Below are positions 28,220 to 38,450 of a DNA stretch of 64,000 nt, in pieces. Numbering within the stretch: position 1 is the first letter of the stretch; each line of letters opens with the position of its first letter. Origin of the DNA: a phage; assembly GCA_027262695.1 (NCBI GenBank), contig GCA_027262695.1_4722.1. One strand, 5' to 3'. The notes under the pieces were generated by a model, which was not told the origin of the DNA, searched no databases, and saw nothing but the letters and a program-made list of their open reading frames with translations. The translations under genes were made by a program, and so were the position numbers.

Positions 28220-30511
28220 TTAAGCATCCTCGGTAGGTAATGGTTTCACAATCAAACGATTGAGCGGATTCGATAGGCGCATACTGATAGGCTTATACGC
28301 AGCATGATTCGTTTCGCTCAATACAGCGGATCGGAAGCGACCTTCAACACGTTTATAGATTGGGTTTATCCAAAGACCCTGAAGACCCGGTTGACGGAAA
28401 CGTTGTTCGATAGGTTTAATCGGTTTCACGGTCAAACCACGTACCGCTTCTGACGGTATACGTTCGCTGATGTCGCGAGGCGCTCGACCTGGGAATGGAG
28501 CCAACCAGAGACCATCCAGCGGGTTCTTACGGAAACGCAACGAGATAGGATCGCTGATAACCTGCGCCCAGTATTGCGTGCTGAACCGTACCGTCTGGGT
28601 ATTCTCGTAACCGCTGCAATCGCACCAGGTGGGTTTCGGCGGGGCTTCTAAGCTCTCAACCGCGGATTCACGCCAGTTCGTCATTGGATTGTTATCATGG
28701 ACGAATTTGATAACTTCCGTAGCCTGGTTATCCGTATCGTGAACGTTTGCTTGTGCCCAGTCCTCCCACAGTTCTTCACTGCCGCTTACCAAACTTGAAC
28801 CGAGTCGAACGGCAATTTTGTTCAGTGGTTTGATCGGATCACTGTTGATTGTCTGGATAAAATGGATGGTGTAACTGCTCAGTGTCTTAAGCAGCTGTAG
28901 CATCCCGTATTGAATATCCTTAAGACTGGTAACGTCTTCCAAGTCTTGACCGGTGGCCTTCGTGAAGATATCGAGAGCCAGAATCCCTGCTTCTTCTTGA
29001 CTGATTGCGTCAAGTTCCCAATCCATCGCTAAGAACCATTCCTTGTAAAGCTGTCCAATACCGAAATCAACCCCAACGTCCATGTAGAAGTTTTCAACGA
29101 TCGCTTCAGCCATACCTCGAGCCTGGTAATGCTCCTGGAGCTGATACATGAACTGATGACGACGCCAACCCTGGTAAATTTCGGTAACGATGTTAAGAAA
29201 TTCCTCAGTACTGACGATAGGACGTAATGTCACCTGTTTATCTAAACACCACCAGATCAGTTTGTCAGGAATGATAACCGGATCGGTAATGCTACGAAGA
29301 TGCTCGAATGTCGGTAACGTTAAAACGCGGACGTGGTTAGCATGGATCTTAGGCACTTCAATCAGCGTCATACCCATCGAATAGTTCAGCAAATACAAGA
29401 ATAGCTTGTAGGCATCTTTCATCGACATGGTCATGGTATCACCCGTCACCGGGTTGGTGGTGGTTAACCGTGACTGATACATGCCGATGGAACTCAGATG
29501 GATCCATTCGTTGAGCAAGAAATCGTATTTCGGGTATAACTCACTGTCGGTAAGATCTTCCGCTTCACTTTCCAATACCTTGGTTGTTAAGGTATTATTG
29601 TCATGCATCGACATCTTCTCTATTGTGCGGTTAAGCTCGGTATAATACTCCGCTTCGTTATCCCGCGCTAGAGGGAACTGTTGTTGCATTACGGTGGTGA
29701 CCTTACGACGTACCGTCCCGTTACCAACGATCTCTTGAAGGTTAAGCGGTTTACGTTCCATGTAAACAGTGGGTTTTAACGTCTGAGGTATTTCGGAAGC
29801 GTCTTGTTTGATCGAAAACGCACCGATTGGAATGCCACGATCGGTTAATACCTTTTGAATGAGCTTATCGTAGTTTTCCGTTCTACCCATGTTCCTTTCG
29901 ACGTAAGCGATGTTACGATAGAACCAGAGCATTTGGGATTCTGTCATGTATCGCTTGAATCGATCAAGACCTTGATGGCTTGCCAGATAACTCCAGATAT
30001 GGAAGCTATGGGCATAATGGGTATGACAGTTTTCCCAACGAATACCTTTTATCATCTCAGGTATTTGTGTGAATAGAATAGCATATAACGCAGGCCAATG
30101 AAGCATATCGACGCTTTCATATGCCGGATGTTCCCAGCGTCTGAAGTAGTCGTCGATTTCTTGCTGTAATCGTGGAATAAGGTTGGCTTCGCGTGATTCA
30201 ACCTCACGGGTATCGTACCAGAGAATCTCGTGATTGCGTGCAGCAATGGCTTTCTCGATATCGATGGGGTTAAGGATACCCAAGATCAACATACGTTGTT
30301 CCGGGTACCGTGCAATTAGACGATTGAAATAATCTCCGCCGTACGCGTATTCCCTTGCGGTCATGCGGTGCCGTAGCATGTTTTCCTTGGTGAACTCGAT
30401 CTCTTCGAGCGTATCCAGGGAATTGACGGTCATCATTGTCTGACAAGGATGATACTCGCCAGCGAGATTCATGTAGTATAACCACGTGCGTGGGTCGTCC
30501 CCGACGGCCAT
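28220..30511 (-). CDS. hypothetical large protein with C-terminal tandem R-F-R / NPL / GLW repeats
   Basis: ORF track extends to 30700 but would overlap the divergent gene start at 30659; internal ATG 30511 used; start uncertain. Confidence 0.5.
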   Translation of the reverse strand: MAVGDDPRTWLYYMNLAGEYHPCQTMMTVNSLDTLEEIEFTKENMLRHRMTAREYAYGGDYFNRLIARYPEQRMLILGILNPIDIEKAIAARNHEILWYDTREVESREANLIPRLQQEIDDYFRRWEHPAYESVDMLHWPALYAILFTQIPEMIKGIRWENCHTHYAHSFHIWSYLASHQGLDRFKRYMTESQMLWFYRNIAYVERNMGRTENYDKLIQKVLTDRGIPIGAFSIKQDASEIPQTLKPTVYMERKPLNLQEIVGNGTVRRKVTTVMQQQFPLARDNEAEYYTELNRTIEKMSMHDNNTLTTKVLESEAEDLTDSELYPKYDFLLNEWIHLSSIGMYQSRLTTTNPVTGDTMTMSMKDAYKLFLYLLNYSMGMTLIEVPKIHANHVRVLTLPTFEHLRSITDPVIIPDKLIWWCLDKQVTLRPIVSTEEFLNIVTEIYQGWRRHQFMYQLQEHYQARGMAEAIVENFYMDVGVDFGIGQLYKEWFLAMDWELDAISQEEAGILALDIFTKATGQDLEDVTSLKDIQYGMLQLLKTLSSYTIHFIQTINSDPIKPLNKIAVRLGSSLVSGSEELWEDWAQANVHDTDNQATEVIKFVHDNNPMTNWRESAVESLEAPPKPTWCDCSGYENTQTVRFSTQYWAQVISDPISLRFRKNPLDGLWLAPFPGRAPRDISERIPSEAVRGLTVKPIKPIEQRFRQPGLQGLWINPIYKRVEGRFRSAVLSETNHAAYKPISMRLSNPLNRLIVKPLPTEDA

Positions 30512-30658
30512 CTGGTAGACTTCGGAAACCTTGAGGTTTAACCGTTCTGCCGTGATGTCGCTTTTAATAATCAGGGTGTCCGTTAGACGCTGCACGCTTT
30601 CCGAATAAAGCTGATAGTCAGTGTTGGACACGATCGGTCCTCCAAGGAGCCAGTGTAA

Positions 30659-33577
30659 ATGAACGATATAAATAAAGGGCGCGTCGCCCTCGAACGTCAA
30701 ATGAGCAATAATGACGTTGCGAAGGCACTCATGAACAAATTTGTCGCTCCTGCTCCGCAGTCACGTCTTTATAACACACGTGAAGCGGAAGGAGCGAGCG
30801 GTCGTTTCGGGTTAGTTGTTCCCGACCAGATGACGATGAACACGGTGACGCGTGCGACCGCAACAAACGTCGAGGATAATAAAAACATCCTCGAGTTGTT
30901 CCCTGAACTTAAACGCGTGATGCAGATCTATGTTGCCGCGTTGACGAACCCTAACGATCTTAAGACGGTCGAGATGTTCATCGACAGCGAAGATTTCCCC
31001 GGCAGAGTCGCAGAAATCGTTCAGCCGATGATCGATACCATCGACACGCATTTTAAGAATATCTATAAAATAAAGACGCTTATCCCTCGTATCATCGAAG
31101 ATGTCTTCTTTATCAAGGGCAGCTATAACTTCGTTGTTCTGCCTGAAAGCACGCTCGATCGTGCTATTAACGGCAACGGCCAACTGAAACTCGAAGAATA
31201 CGGATTTAAAAACAATCATTTCGCCAGCTGGGGGCTGCTGGGGAATGACAGCCGTATACGCAGTCAACATCAGTTACCGACAACGGTTTCGATGGAAGAT
31301 TATTTTTCAGGCGTTAACGAAACCATCCCGTACGATCCGGTTGTCCGTATCGATAGCATCAAGTTTACCAACACGATGCTCCGTGATAAAGACGGTAAAT
31401 TCATTGAAGCGAAGGTCGATATTCCGGATATGGTTACGGTTGTTGATAACCCAGACATCCTTCGCATGCCGATTTTACACCAACGTCGTGCGTCAACAGC
31501 CGTGCAACGTGCATTACGTGCAAACACCTTAGGCGGTAACGGCCTGGTGACGTTATCAGGCGATCCGACGCAAACCGCGAATCGACGTGAGCTGACACAA
31601 GAGCAAGTTAATGAGATCTGGAATAAACTAAACATCCAACGTCATACCAAGGTATCGCCTGTGTACGCACTAGCAACCCCGGATACCCTTGACCGTCAAA
31701 GTGTCGGTCATCCTGGTGTGATGCACGTACCACCTGAGTCATTAGAACCGGTTCATGCGCCTGGCGATCCAGAGAACCATATCGGTTATCTCGTCCAGCT
31801 GGATGAATTCGGTTACCCAGTACGTTTGGTTGAAGATGCTGCGTATTACAAACAGCTGGAAGGTCGACTGTCGAAGATCACGGCGGATATTGCCGGTACA
31901 TCAAGCAACGGAATGGCGAGTGAGATGATCGGGGCAGCGAAGAACATGGTTCAAGGTACGTCGTGTAACCAAGTCGATATGTCAGCGTTTGTCTCGTCGT
32001 ACGAATCACTGATGCAACGTTATATCGTTGAACGTATCGTTAACGGTTACCTCGGCAGTGCGGTAGAAATCGGTGCAACGTCGTCGTTCTATCTGTCGAT
32101 GCTTGCCCGCAGTCTTGCTCACAAGCAAACCCGTGTTTTGTTTATTCCTCGTGAGATGGTGACATACATCGCCTACGAATACAACAAATACGGGATTGGA
32201 CGTTCCTTGCTTGAAAGTACGAAGATGATCTCTTCGCAACGCGCGATGCTCATGGTTCAGGAACTGATGGCGAAAATCAAAAGTTCGTTGAACTATACGA
32301 CGCTGAGCGTGATGCTCGAAGACACCGATAGAAACCCGGTTGATACCGTTGAGCAGGCATTGCACAGTTTTGCTCGTGTTTATCAATCTGGTTTCCCGTT
32401 GGGTGAAACCAACCCAATGGATATCATCAATGCATACGAACGAAGCTCGATTCGATTGAAGGTTGAAGGGAACAACCCACGCTTCCCGAAACTGAACACC
32501 GACGTTAGCGTTGAACAACGTAACTACCAATCCCCGGATGATGAGCTGATGGATCGTTACCGTCGTGATCATTTCATGGGTCTGGGTGTTTCTCCAGAGA
32601 TCGTTGATACGTCCTATCAATCTGAATTCGCGGCGTCGGTGATTACGGCTAACGCGATGCAAGAGAAACAGTTCACGGTTTGTCGTGAGGTCGTCACGAA
32701 TGGCTTAACTGATCACATCAAGAAGTATACGGCTTACAGTCCTGTGCTTCTGACGTCGTTACGCAATACCGTTCGCGCGAATATGTCAAAGCTCTCTCAA
32801 GCGCAGCTGCAACAGCTCTTTGGTAGCGACTTCGAAAACGGTGTTATTCGTAACGTGAACGCGTATCAGGAGATTGATGATCGATCGGTGACAATGGATC
32901 TGGATTACACCAAACCGGAAGTCCAGGAAGTGATTGCCGACGCTTATGTCTCCATGTTCTTAAACAGCTTGCAGGTACGTTTACCGGATAGCAACGCGCG
33001 TCGCCTTGAAGATCAGGTACGTGAATATAATCAGTACAAGGAAGCGATTACAGCACAACTTGATGATTATTTAACACCGGATTATGTCATGGGTCTGGGT
33101 GGGGTCGATGAAACAACCCTGCAGATGATTCGAGCGTGCATCATTGGTACGGCGATGAGGACATGGGCGAAAGAAAACAACTTCAATCAGGAGCTGGCTG
33201 ATCTCTTTAGTCTCGACGATAAGAAGAATGCCGTCCAGGATTGGAAACGTGCATCCATGGAGCATATTGAAATCATGGGTAAATGCATGGGTGATTTCGC
33301 ACTCTATATCCAAAACCTGACGAAGCAAATCGAAGAGAAGATGGGCGACCAAGCACAAGACGGTAGCGTTTCATCTGACGGCTCATGGTCATCGGATTCC
33401 GGTTCGGATAGCGGTTCTTCCGATGATTTCGGTGGTGGTGATGACTTTGGTGGCGACGACGATTTCGGAATGGAAGAAACCGAAGAATCCACCGAGGAAA
33501 CCACTACGGAAGAAACAACCGATGAAACTGGTGATAATGCCGCATCAGAAGACGATACCGCAGGTGATATTGTCTAA
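30659..33577 (+). CDS. portal-like protein with acidic low-complexity C-terminal tail (call from size and context only)
   Basis: 972 aa; AGGAG RBS 9 nt upstream; C-terminal DDFGGGDDFGGDDDFGMEETEESTEE. Confidence 0.35.
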   Translation: MNDINKGRVALERQMSNNDVAKALMNKFVAPAPQSRLYNTREAEGASGRFGLVVPDQMTMNTVTRATATNVEDNKNILELFPELKRVMQIYVAALTNPNDLKTVEMFIDSEDFPGRVAEIVQPMIDTIDTHFKNIYKIKTLIPRIIEDVFFIKGSYNFVVLPESTLDRAINGNGQLKLEEYGFKNNHFASWGLLGNDSRIRSQHQLPTTVSMEDYFSGVNETIPYDPVVRIDSIKFTNTMLRDKDGKFIEAKVDIPDMVTVVDNPDILRMPILHQRRASTAVQRALRANTLGGNGLVTLSGDPTQTANRRELTQEQVNEIWNKLNIQRHTKVSPVYALATPDTLDRQSVGHPGVMHVPPESLEPVHAPGDPENHIGYLVQLDEFGYPVRLVEDAAYYKQLEGRLSKITADIAGTSSNGMASEMIGAAKNMVQGTSCNQVDMSAFVSSYESLMQRYIVERIVNGYLGSAVEIGATSSFYLSMLARSLAHKQTRVLFIPREMVTYIAYEYNKYGIGRSLLESTKMISSQRAMLMVQELMAKIKSSLNYTTLSVMLEDTDRNPVDTVEQALHSFARVYQSGFPLGETNPMDIINAYERSSIRLKVEGNNPRFPKLNTDVSVEQRNYQSPDDELMDRYRRDHFMGLGVSPEIVDTSYQSEFAASVITANAMQEKQFTVCREVVTNGLTDHIKKYTAYSPVLLTSLRNTVRANMSKLSQAQLQQLFGSDFENGVIRNVNAYQEIDDRSVTMDLDYTKPEVQEVIADAYVSMFLNSLQVRLPDSNARRLEDQVREYNQYKEAITAQLDDYLTPDYVMGLGGVDETTLQMIRACIIGTAMRTWAKENNFNQELADLFSLDDKKNAVQDWKRASMEHIEIMGKCMGDFALYIQNLTKQIEEKMGDQAQDGSVSSDGSWSSDSGSDSGSSDDFGGGDDFGGDDDFGMEETEESTEETTTEETTDETGDNAASEDDTAGDIV

Positions 33578-33611
33578 CCGTTCGTAAAAAAAAAAAATAA
33601 CACATAGTTAA

Positions 33612-33645
33612 CCTTCTCCCCAACCCGGAAGGGAAGGGGAGAAGG
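33612..33645. terminator. hairpin CCTTCTCCCC-AA-CCC-GGAA-GGG-AA-GGGGAGAAGG, preceded by A11 run
   Basis: Same core as canonical copy with compensatory stem changes; A-run at 33586-33596. Confidence 0.55.
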
Positions 33646-33662
33646 GCTATGCGCTATTTAAC

Positions 33663-33938
33663 TTATCTCGAGTTTAACCACGATTCAATTGTGGTGAGGT
33701 TGCTTCGCAATACGCGCCAACTAGGGTGTGGTGGGATCACAGCACCTTTGTCGATTACGGTTAGCTGAGCCTGGTACTTCTGTTTCATACGGGCTACCGT
33801 AGCGCTTACCGAAAGGAAAAGCTGGTAACGTTCGTACACCGTCAGTTCATCTTCCCGTCGAACTGCTCCTGTTGCTAACGTAATTTCGCGTAAGTCCTTT
33901 GCGTCCATCGGGACAGTAATGAGTTTATAATGACTCAT
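33663..33938 (-). CDS. hypothetical small protein
   Basis: 91 aa ORF. Confidence 0.4.
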   Translation of the reverse strand: MSHYKLITVPMDAKDLREITLATGAVRREDELTVYERYQLFLSVSATVARMKQKYQAQLTVIDKGAVIPPHPSWRVLRSNLTTIESWLNSR

Positions 33939-33988
33939 AGGGGTTTCCTTATCAACCAGGGTATTGCGTTAACAATACCCATCGTCAA

Positions 33989-36580
33989 TTACTGTTCGTC
34001 GCGTTCCAACAGGTACTCGGAAGCCGTAACACCGTTTACAGTACGGATGGCTTTCAGACGTGTATCATCGTTCAGAATCACGGTAACAGACTGCAGACCT
34101 TTTACCTTGGTTTCGAAGGTTTTGAATACCTGGTCTAACATACGTGCGATGCTTGGGTTGGTGGCAGCTGATGCGTGGGTATACCCACTCTGATTAAGTT
34201 TCAGAATCTTCGCGTTGGTTGGTACACGAACGATAACATGCGGACGCATAGCGAACACGCTGTGGTTGAACCAGTACGCATCCGGGCTGTCTTCATCGGT
34301 CACGAGGTCTGGATGGGTCTGCATATCTTCAGCTGCAGCATCCGCCAAACGACGTTCGATTTCGTCAGCATCCAGAGAACCATCTTTCTCCAGCTCGGCA
34401 CGATACTCATCCATGATTGCTGCACGACGCTCTTGATTTGCGACCATCTTATCATGAGCCGCATTCAGGTAGTCGTTCATGCTGTAAAGCTCTGCCATGG
34501 AAAGACGGATGTTCCACTGACCACCACCGTCACGATTGCAGTAGAGGCATTTCAACATATTGCCCCAGGTGTGATAGCAACGGGTGAACTCGTCTTCGAT
34601 GAACTTCTGATCCATTTTAAGTTCGTTGATCAGCCAGCTATACAGCTCACCGACATCATCTACGAAGCTTGCAATGGTGGTTTCAGAGAAGTTCTTAGGT
34701 ACAACACGCTTGATCCATTTGTTGATGTCTTTGGTCATGCTGTCGTTCAGGAAATGCCAGATACGCAGAGGGATAACCTCTCTGTGTTGTTGCATGACCT
34801 GACGATAGGCTGACACACCTTCAATATGACCTTTATCAATAGACAGGGCATCCAGGAATTCCTGGATAGCATCAAGCTGTTTATCGGTGTAGGTTCCCAG
34901 GTAGGAATTGACTGTGGTCAGGAACGCCAAAGCATCGTTCTGGTTGACGTCGGTATTGGTCTGCTGGATGATCGCAACCGTCGCTTTGGTTTCAGCGTCT
35001 TCGATGCTGGATGCCGGAACCATGTCAGTGACAGTGAACAGTTTCATCTCACGCTGTTCGCCAACAACAATCGGTTCACGTCTAACCGGTTTGTTCAGGC
35101 TAACACGCACAACTTCTGCTTGCGCGATACGATCCCATTCTGCCATTTCCAGCTCCGCCATACGACGTGCGGTTGGATCTGTTTCAAGTTGAATGTATTC
35201 CATTTCTTCCACCGTAAGTGAGGTAATATCAACAATGGTTTCATGAAGAATTCCATTTTCGTCGATGCGAGCACGACGAGCGAATTGCCTGAAGTCATAC
35301 GCGGTTGGCCAACGGCTATCAGGTGCGTAGTCTTTGGCTTTCAGACGCATTTGCATGAATTCTTCATGGTGAACAACACGACCGTATTGCTTCGCATCTT
35401 CGGTCGCATCAAGAGGGTCAACCGTTTTGGTTACCGTTGCAGGACGTACGCTACGTACCGGCTCAGGTTTTACCTTCACGGTTTCAGGTTGAGTAGGCGC
35501 TTTCTGCTCAGCCTTAACATGCCATTTCGGTTCTTCGTACTGCTCAGCGAATTGCTCAGCTACCGCAAAGATATCGTTGATACCGCCGATATCTCCATCC
35601 GGATGGGTTGAGTAAATACGCGTTTGTGGTGCTTCCCGACGTGTTGCTGCCGGAGCAGGTTTATCGTCAACTGGGTCATCATCACCAACATCGTACAAAC
35701 GGTTGAACGCACACTCCTTCGAATCCATATACGAAGGTGCTTGCTGCTGAACAACCGTTGGTCGAGGTTGTGTGCCGTATCCTGGCATTGTCGGAGCCAT
35801 ACCACGCATAACCGCTGGATTAGGTTGGTACTGCGGCTGAGGATAAGCTCCACCGTACGTGTTATACACAGGTTGTTGAGGTTGACCGTATCCGGCGTTG
35901 ACCATCGCGTTTGCTTGCGGTCCGCGATAGGTCATTCCCAACTGCGTTACCTGCGCTTTTAACGCACGTGTCTTCTGCGCGATTTGATTCAGAGTCCCAC
36001 CTTGATTCAGTTGTGTATACTTATTCGCTGCTTCCGGGTTAATGCGCGTTAATTCCTTTGCACGATAATACTCAGGATATTGATTGGCCTCAAAGAGCCA
36101 CTGTACAAGATGCATAAGTATCGTTGTACGTACCGCGGTGTCGATAATCTGATCGACTGAAGCATTCTGAGGCGCTGGGTTGATGTAAGAGAATACGTTC
36201 CAGCAGCAGTCTTCAACAAGTGACTCCATCGCCTCGTTGTTATTGGCGTAACGTGCCACGAACTGTGTTTGAATATCGTCTTGCTGGGCATGCTCTTTCA
36301 GGATAACAAAGATAGCCTGACGGATTTTGACGATATTTCCTTCGTTGGTGATGAACTGGTAGTTCTGCTGATATGCTGGATTAGGTTGGTATTGCGGTGG
36401 TTGTTGGTAACCGCCCCCGTATTGTGGATAAGCCGGTTGCTGGGGTTGGTACGGAGGTTGTTGATATTGCGGTTGCTGGTACTGTTGTTGACGCACCTGG
36501 TCAGCTGCAAATCGAACCGTGCTTGCGTACGGGTTCTCGCTATAGCCCATTTGTTGGTAAATGTTGTTACCGTTATACAT
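33989..36580 (-). CDS. hypothetical head-module protein with Q/P/Y-rich low-complexity N-terminus
   Basis: 863 aa; N-terminal QQQYQQPQYQQPPYQPQQPAYPQYGGGYQQPPQYQPNPAYQQNYQ. Confidence 0.55.
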   Translation of the reverse strand: MYNGNNIYQQMGYSENPYASTVRFAADQVRQQQYQQPQYQQPPYQPQQPAYPQYGGGYQQPPQYQPNPAYQQNYQFITNEGNIVKIRQAIFVILKEHAQQDDIQTQFVARYANNNEAMESLVEDCCWNVFSYINPAPQNASVDQIIDTAVRTTILMHLVQWLFEANQYPEYYRAKELTRINPEAANKYTQLNQGGTLNQIAQKTRALKAQVTQLGMTYRGPQANAMVNAGYGQPQQPVYNTYGGAYPQPQYQPNPAVMRGMAPTMPGYGTQPRPTVVQQQAPSYMDSKECAFNRLYDVGDDDPVDDKPAPAATRREAPQTRIYSTHPDGDIGGINDIFAVAEQFAEQYEEPKWHVKAEQKAPTQPETVKVKPEPVRSVRPATVTKTVDPLDATEDAKQYGRVVHHEEFMQMRLKAKDYAPDSRWPTAYDFRQFARRARIDENGILHETIVDITSLTVEEMEYIQLETDPTARRMAELEMAEWDRIAQAEVVRVSLNKPVRREPIVVGEQREMKLFTVTDMVPASSIEDAETKATVAIIQQTNTDVNQNDALAFLTTVNSYLGTYTDKQLDAIQEFLDALSIDKGHIEGVSAYRQVMQQHREVIPLRIWHFLNDSMTKDINKWIKRVVPKNFSETTIASFVDDVGELYSWLINELKMDQKFIEDEFTRCYHTWGNMLKCLYCNRDGGGQWNIRLSMAELYSMNDYLNAAHDKMVANQERRAAIMDEYRAELEKDGSLDADEIERRLADAAAEDMQTHPDLVTDEDSPDAYWFNHSVFAMRPHVIVRVPTNAKILKLNQSGYTHASAATNPSIARMLDQVFKTFETKVKGLQSVTVILNDDTRLKAIRTVNGVTASEYLLERDEQ

Positions 36581-36614
36581 CTTCTTACAATCCTTTTATT
36601 TATTCGATTAGGTG

Positions 36615-38414
36615 TCAATCGATTATGTCACGATCGTTAATTTCTACAATTTCTTCATCGAATCGACCGACGTCTTTCTTCAAGCCTGCGTTTGTTGCTG
36701 CAACGTCATTTGCGATTTGTGGGGTAACGATTAACCGACCACGATCGTCAATCGGTGCGTACATACTGAACTTCTGGCGTCCGGTTGGTTCGGAGTGCGG
36801 AAGATTCAGATAGCTCGCGCAGAACGGGATGGAACCGCTCACCAAACGACTCTCGTCAGCCAATGCGGCACCGCCCGCATTTTGACTCTGGAGAACAACA
36901 TGTGTACTTACTTTGAACAGCATGCAGTCACCAGGTGATTGAATCGAGGTTGCCACTTTCTCGCGTTTATCACGATTGCTCTGGATGTTGAGAATCGCTT
37001 CTGTTGCAACTTGATTGCGTAACGCTTTTTGTACATCGCGATTGGTCATCTCTTTCCGGTTGTTCTGTCGTTTACCACGTTCAGTGGTTTTAAGATGGAA
37101 CCCCAGTTTAAAGATGCTCTTACGCACATCCTCCATGACGTATTCCAACACCATCAGTTCCTTACCGAACATCGTCGTGGTGTCGACACGACTCATTTCG
37201 ATAGTGACGTTATCAATCAAATACGCCATGAATTCGTAGAAGTCGTCGCACGGAATATTTTCCTGTTTGAACTTCTTCTGTTGAATTTCGTCAACGTAAA
37301 GATCGAGGCTGTCGATGTGGTGGTTTACATCACGCAACAAACGCGCATCCGCGTTGTTGTTATTAAAGATAATCAAACCGAGTAGCGTACGCCAGTGGTC
37401 TGGCGCATTCGCGAACTCTTCAACCGGATAGTCTTCTGGAAAACGATCGTAATAACGGTCGATGAGATAGAGGAACGCACCGACAAGACCGAGCACAATA
37501 CGTTCCGTGCCGCCACGTCTTACCGCGATTTGAATATCAGGATGTTTATAACGTACCGCGCTAACGCTACGACTCTTACCGCTTTTGCTAATACTAAAGC
37601 CTTTAGGAATAACGCCCATGGTGCGATAGATTACCCATTGGTCGCGCGGAAAATCACGTTCAGCGAGATTCCGTCCGGTTATTGCTTCGACGCCTGCAAA
37701 ACGCCGGAAACATTCACCCACGCCATATTTCGCAAAGAGATAATGGCCCAACGTGGTTACGCTGGTGTGGTTGATGTTGTCCCCGTTCACCTTGCTTTGT
37801 TTGGTAAGGTGATAGATTTGCGACCAGGGCAATGACAAGTAATGTCGATAATCATTACCGGTTGGTGTATCATTGCTCAGGAACTGATACGGCGTACGCT
37901 TAACGGTGATTTTGTCACGCGGAAGCATGATGAACGCCATGTCTTTCGTGTAACTGATTACCGGGTCAGCAAGCACCGCACTGAGAATGAAGTTCGCACC
38001 ACGTAGACGCATCTTGCCACCCTGACCTACCGCAGGCAATAGGAGAGGATGCCGGATGATGCAGTAATCCTTGCCGGGTTCACGACGGTCACCTGCTTCC
38101 ATCGCGCCATACCAGCGGAATTCCAGCATCACCATGAACACATCGGAAGGCGCAAGGTCGAACGTCAGCTTACCGCTATCCTTCCCTTTGGTTTTCTTTC
38201 CTCCGCTTAAGTAGTGAAACTGTTCGCGGGCCATACAACGACGTAGGCCATGATACACCAGATCCTTAGGTAAACTATCTTTGCTGTTCCGCCAAAGACG
38301 ATCGACGTAGGACTCAACATCTTGCATCTTATCGACAACGATGTTGCGTGCTATCTTCTCGTTCATCTTCGGTGCAAGCTCAGCGACAGCTTTGCAGAAT
38401 CTAGGATCCATCAC
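36615..38414 (-). CDS. hypothetical head-module protein
   Basis: 599 aa ORF. Confidence 0.5.
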   Translation of the reverse strand: MMDPRFCKAVAELAPKMNEKIARNIVVDKMQDVESYVDRLWRNSKDSLPKDLVYHGLRRCMAREQFHYLSGGKKTKGKDSGKLTFDLAPSDVFMVMLEFRWYGAMEAGDRREPGKDYCIIRHPLLLPAVGQGGKMRLRGANFILSAVLADPVISYTKDMAFIMLPRDKITVKRTPYQFLSNDTPTGNDYRHYLSLPWSQIYHLTKQSKVNGDNINHTSVTTLGHYLFAKYGVGECFRRFAGVEAITGRNLAERDFPRDQWVIYRTMGVIPKGFSISKSGKSRSVSAVRYKHPDIQIAVRRGGTERIVLGLVGAFLYLIDRYYDRFPEDYPVEEFANAPDHWRTLLGLIIFNNNNADARLLRDVNHHIDSLDLYVDEIQQKKFKQENIPCDDFYEFMAYLIDNVTIEMSRVDTTTMFGKELMVLEYVMEDVRKSIFKLGFHLKTTERGKRQNNRKEMTNRDVQKALRNQVATEAILNIQSNRDKREKVATSIQSPGDCMLFKVSTHVVLQSQNAGGAALADESRLVSGSIPFCASYLNLPHSEPTGRQKFSMYAPIDDRGRLIVTPQIANDVAATNAGLKKDVGRFDEEIVEINDRDIID

Positions 38415-38450
38415 ACACTCCTTACAGAAAGTTGCTTAAGCAGATTAAAG

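Noticed and set aside
34175-35962. Several 100-200 aa plus-strand ORFs antisense to the 863-aa gene
   Set aside because: All nested in a long well-formed minus-strand ORF; no RBS and atypical composition.
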